Shown: positions 42,800 through 45,119 of the stretch, one piece after another | Layout of the letters: every line of letters starts with the position of its first letter | Numbering within the stretch: the first letter of the stretch is position 1 | Virus record (IMG/VR): IMGVR_UViG_3300037420_001133 | Location: 1 to 45,119 of that record | From: a virus | Lineage: Duplodnaviria > Caudoviricetes | Strand: one strand, 5' to 3' | DNA length: 45,119 nucleotides | Made by a program: the position numbers and the translations under genes | The notes under the pieces: model-generated | The model's database searches: none | The model's input: the letters and a program-made list of their open reading frames with translations, nothing else | What the model was told of the DNA's origin: nothing

Positions 42800-44611
42800 T
42801 CACAGCGCCAGACGTTTGGTGGGTCGGAAGAAGTCCCCGAGTTCCGGCTTGACCGTGGGTGCGCCGACCGGTGCGTTGACCGGTGGCACCGCTTCGGCGT
42901 CCATGCATTCCTTGAGCGCGTTCACCGCCGCCGCCACACCGTCGATCTTGTCGGCGGCGTGGGCCTTATCGGGTTTCACGTTCCCGGCCGGGTCCATCGC
43001 CACCGCGAGGTTGTCGACCATCCACCGCATAACCGGGTTCCCGCCGTGCATGAACCGGCCCACCAGCGTGAGGCGGAGCATCTCCTTCAGCGGGTACGAC
43101 AGTGACCCGAACGACTGCGACACCGGCACCAGCGTCATCCCGGCCTCAGACGCCTTACGGGTGACGTCGTTCGCGCCCCACCGGTCGAACCCGACCGTCT
43201 GAACGCTGAACGTGCCCGCGTCCTTGTCGAGTTGGTCGTTCACCGCGGCCGGGTCGAACACCGCCCCCGGCGTGGTCTGGATCCAGCCTTCCCGCGCCCA
43301 CACCTTCGCGTACCCAGCGGTGCGCCGGTCCAGATCCTCCAGGGCGTCCTCGGGCAGCCAGAACCGCCACAGCACCCGGTACAGGTCATTGGGCCGGTCC
43401 GGAAAGATCCAGCACAGCGCGGTGAGGTCGGATACTGACCCCATGTCCAGGCCGCCGTGGCACTGCATTCCCGCCAGGGCCGACTCGTCCAGAGTCCCGG
43501 TGGAGCGGTCCCAGTCCTCCAAGCGGATGAACCGGGTCGCCTGCTTCGTGCGGATGCCCAGGTGCAGCCGCAGGTACCGGGCCAGGTTCGCCGGGTTCTC
43601 CTGCGCCTTCTTCGCCTCAGCCTGAAGGAACGCCTTCGTCGGTGACACCCCGTAGCCGGGATTGGCCTGCCGCTGCGCCTGCTCTGAGAACGGGGACACC
43701 CCCGCTTCGGCGAGTGCCCGTTCCGATTCGGCGGCCGCCCACACCACCCCGTAGAAGGTGGCGTCGACGAACACCCCGCGGGCGAGCTTCTCCAGGTACT
43801 CCCGCTTCTCCGCGTAGATCGTGCCTGGCTTACCCTCGTCCGCCGTGGTGATGATGACGATCAGCGGCTGAGATCGGGCGCCGGTGCCGGTCTCCACCGC
43901 GTCGACCACGTCCCGCGTCTTGTGCACGTGCAACTCGTCGATGACCGCGCCGTGCACGTTCGCGCCGTGGATCAGGTCCCCGACCGAGGCGACGACCTGG
44001 AAGTACGAACCGGACGGCGGGTGGATGATCTTCCCCGCGTATGGCTTCACATACGGGGCCAGGTCGGGCGAGTTCTGCGCGAGGGTCTTGACCGGGTTGA
44101 AGCAGTACCCAGCCTGATCCTTGCTGGCCGCCACCGCCAGGACCTGGGCGCCGTGTTCCCCATCCGCCGCGGTCAGGTAGATCCCGACACCGCCGGCGAG
44201 TGTGGTCTTGCCGTTCTTGCGCGGCTCGTCGATGTGCGCGGTGCGCGCTATCCGCACCCAACTGTCCGCGTCGTCATCCCAACGCACCCAGCCGAACACC
44301 GGGGCCAGGATGTACGCGACCTGCCAGTTCGCCGGCTCCAGCGGCTTGCCGGCCCACTTGCCCTGGGTATGCCGCAACCGGCGGAACGCGCCGATCACCC
44401 GGTCCACCCGGGCCGGATCGAACCGCGCCCCCTCCAGCTCGCGGGGCTCCGGGGTCTTCCAGATCGGAACCTGCCACGGCTCCGGCAGCGGAAGCTTCCG
44501 GCTCAGCAGGTACCAGGCAACCTCGGGCGACAGCTTCAGTCGGGCAAGGGTCGCCTCGTCGGGGAGGTTGACGTCAGCCGGTGGCCGCGAACGGGTTGTC
44601 GCCCTGGCCAT
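42800..44611 (-). CDS. terL: Terminase large subunit
   Basis: H..G.WAG, PRKNGKT (Walker A), VIDELH (Walker B), ITTA, GLD....DLTA, KIDG. Confidence 0.97.
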   Translation of the reverse strand: MARATTRSRPPADVNLPDEATLARLKLSPEVAWYLLSRKLPLPEPWQVPIWKTPEPRELEGARFDPARVDRVIGAFRRLRHTQGKWAGKPLEPANWQVAYILAPVFGWVRWDDDADSWVRIARTAHIDEPRKNGKTTLAGGVGIYLTAADGEHGAQVLAVAASKDQAGYCFNPVKTLAQNSPDLAPYVKPYAGKIIHPPSGSYFQVVASVGDLIHGANVHGAVIDELHVHKTRDVVDAVETGTGARSQPLIVIITTADEGKPGTIYAEKREYLEKLARGVFVDATFYGVVWAAAESERALAEAGVSPFSEQAQRQANPGYGVSPTKAFLQAEAKKAQENPANLARYLRLHLGIRTKQATRFIRLEDWDRSTGTLDESALAGMQCHGGLDMGSVSDLTALCWIFPDRPNDLYRVLWRFWLPEDALEDLDRRTAGYAKVWAREGWIQTTPGAVFDPAAVNDQLDKDAGTFSVQTVGFDRWGANDVTRKASEAGMTLVPVSQSFGSLSYPLKEMLRLTLVGRFMHGGNPVMRWMVDNLAVAMDPAGNVKPDKAHAADKIDGVAAAVNALKECMDAEAVPPVNAPVGAPTVKPELGDFFRPTKRLAL

Positions 44612-45047
44612 CGTCGACCTTCCCGGACGCCACCCGCTGCTCCGCCGACGGGGTCATGCCGAACTGCGTGCACCACGCCCGCAGCTCCTTCGATGCCGCC
44701 TCCGCCGTCAGGAGTGCCGGGTGACGCTGCGCCCGGCCCTGCTTGTCGTCGTGCAGCACCATGCCCTCAGCCGCCACGATCGCGGAGGACTCCACGAACC
44801 GCTGCCACGTCATGCAGTACGCCGTCAGCGCCGCCCCATCGATGCGCTTGAGCAGCCCGAGGCGGTTCAGTTCCGGCACGACCCGGTTCCACTCCGCCCG
44901 CGCCTCGGCCGGGAGCCAGATCGGCATGACCGGCTCGCCGCGCTCGAACTCCGGGACGGCCTTGATCGGCCGGCCGCCCGAGTCGATACCCTCGCGCCGA
45001 CCTTCGATGATCTTCAATTCGACTGGCTTCGGGGGACGGCCGCCCAT
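44574..45047 (-). CDS. terS: Terminase small subunit (P27 family)
   Basis: GRPPKP..LK...G, P.WL...A..EW.R, L..YC, FGMTPS; GGAGG SD. Confidence 0.93.
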   Translation of the reverse strand: MGGRPPKPVELKIIEGRREGIDSGGRPIKAVPEFERGEPVMPIWLPAEARAEWNRVVPELNRLGLLKRIDGAALTAYCMTWQRFVESSAIVAAEGMVLHDDKQGRAQRHPALLTAEAASKELRAWCTQFGMTPSAEQRVASGKVDDGQGDNPFAATG

Positions 45048-45119
45048 ATCACCCTCCGTCACTAGTCACGCAGAGTAGCCAGCCCGGGAAGATCCATTCT
45101 GAGCCAGCACATGGGGAGG

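Larger units (their letters stand above)
1..45119 (-). mobile_element. Complete or near-complete temperate siphovirus genome (excised form, linearised between HNH and small terminase)
   Basis: Full packaging, head, tail, lysis, integration, immunity and replication modules. attP is intact mid-window, no host genes are seen, and HNH and terS would be neighbours on circularisation. Confidence 0.92.

Overview
The window looks like the complete, or nearly complete, genome of a temperate siphovirus of a high-GC actinomycete (Micromonosporaceae-like host is my inference). It is in its excised form and runs right-to-left on the minus strand. The late arm starts at the right end with small and large terminase, a membrane protein and portal. 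Two accessory head genes follow, then a ~1137-aa polyprotein fusing a peptidoglycan-binding domain, a DUF6582-like domain, prohead protease, scaffold and a Mu-gpT-like major capsid protein. Next come head/tail connectors, tail tube, a tail chaperone with a -1 frameshift, tape measure and minor tail genes. The lysis cassette has a GH25 endolysin, several membrane proteins, a papain-like protease and a holin. The centre holds accessory regulatory modules (RHH and GntR), an intact attP carrying the 3' half of tRNA-Val(GAC), a tyrosine integrase and a repressor/cro switch. The early arm has xis, a ParB-like/DGQHR gene pair, an XF1762/Mom-like GNAT, RecE/RecT-like genes, RuvC, a replication initiator with iterons, a HAD phosphatase, many small ORFs and a terminal HNH nuclease. 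The most notable features are a LexA-box-controlled leaderless Cys-rich gene lying antisense inside the lysis cassette, a divergent RNA complementary to the GntR translation start, the capsid polyprotein with nested starts and repeated Glu cleavage-like motifs, and an apparently split minor tail gene. Family assignments come from motif recognition by eye; no database searches were run.
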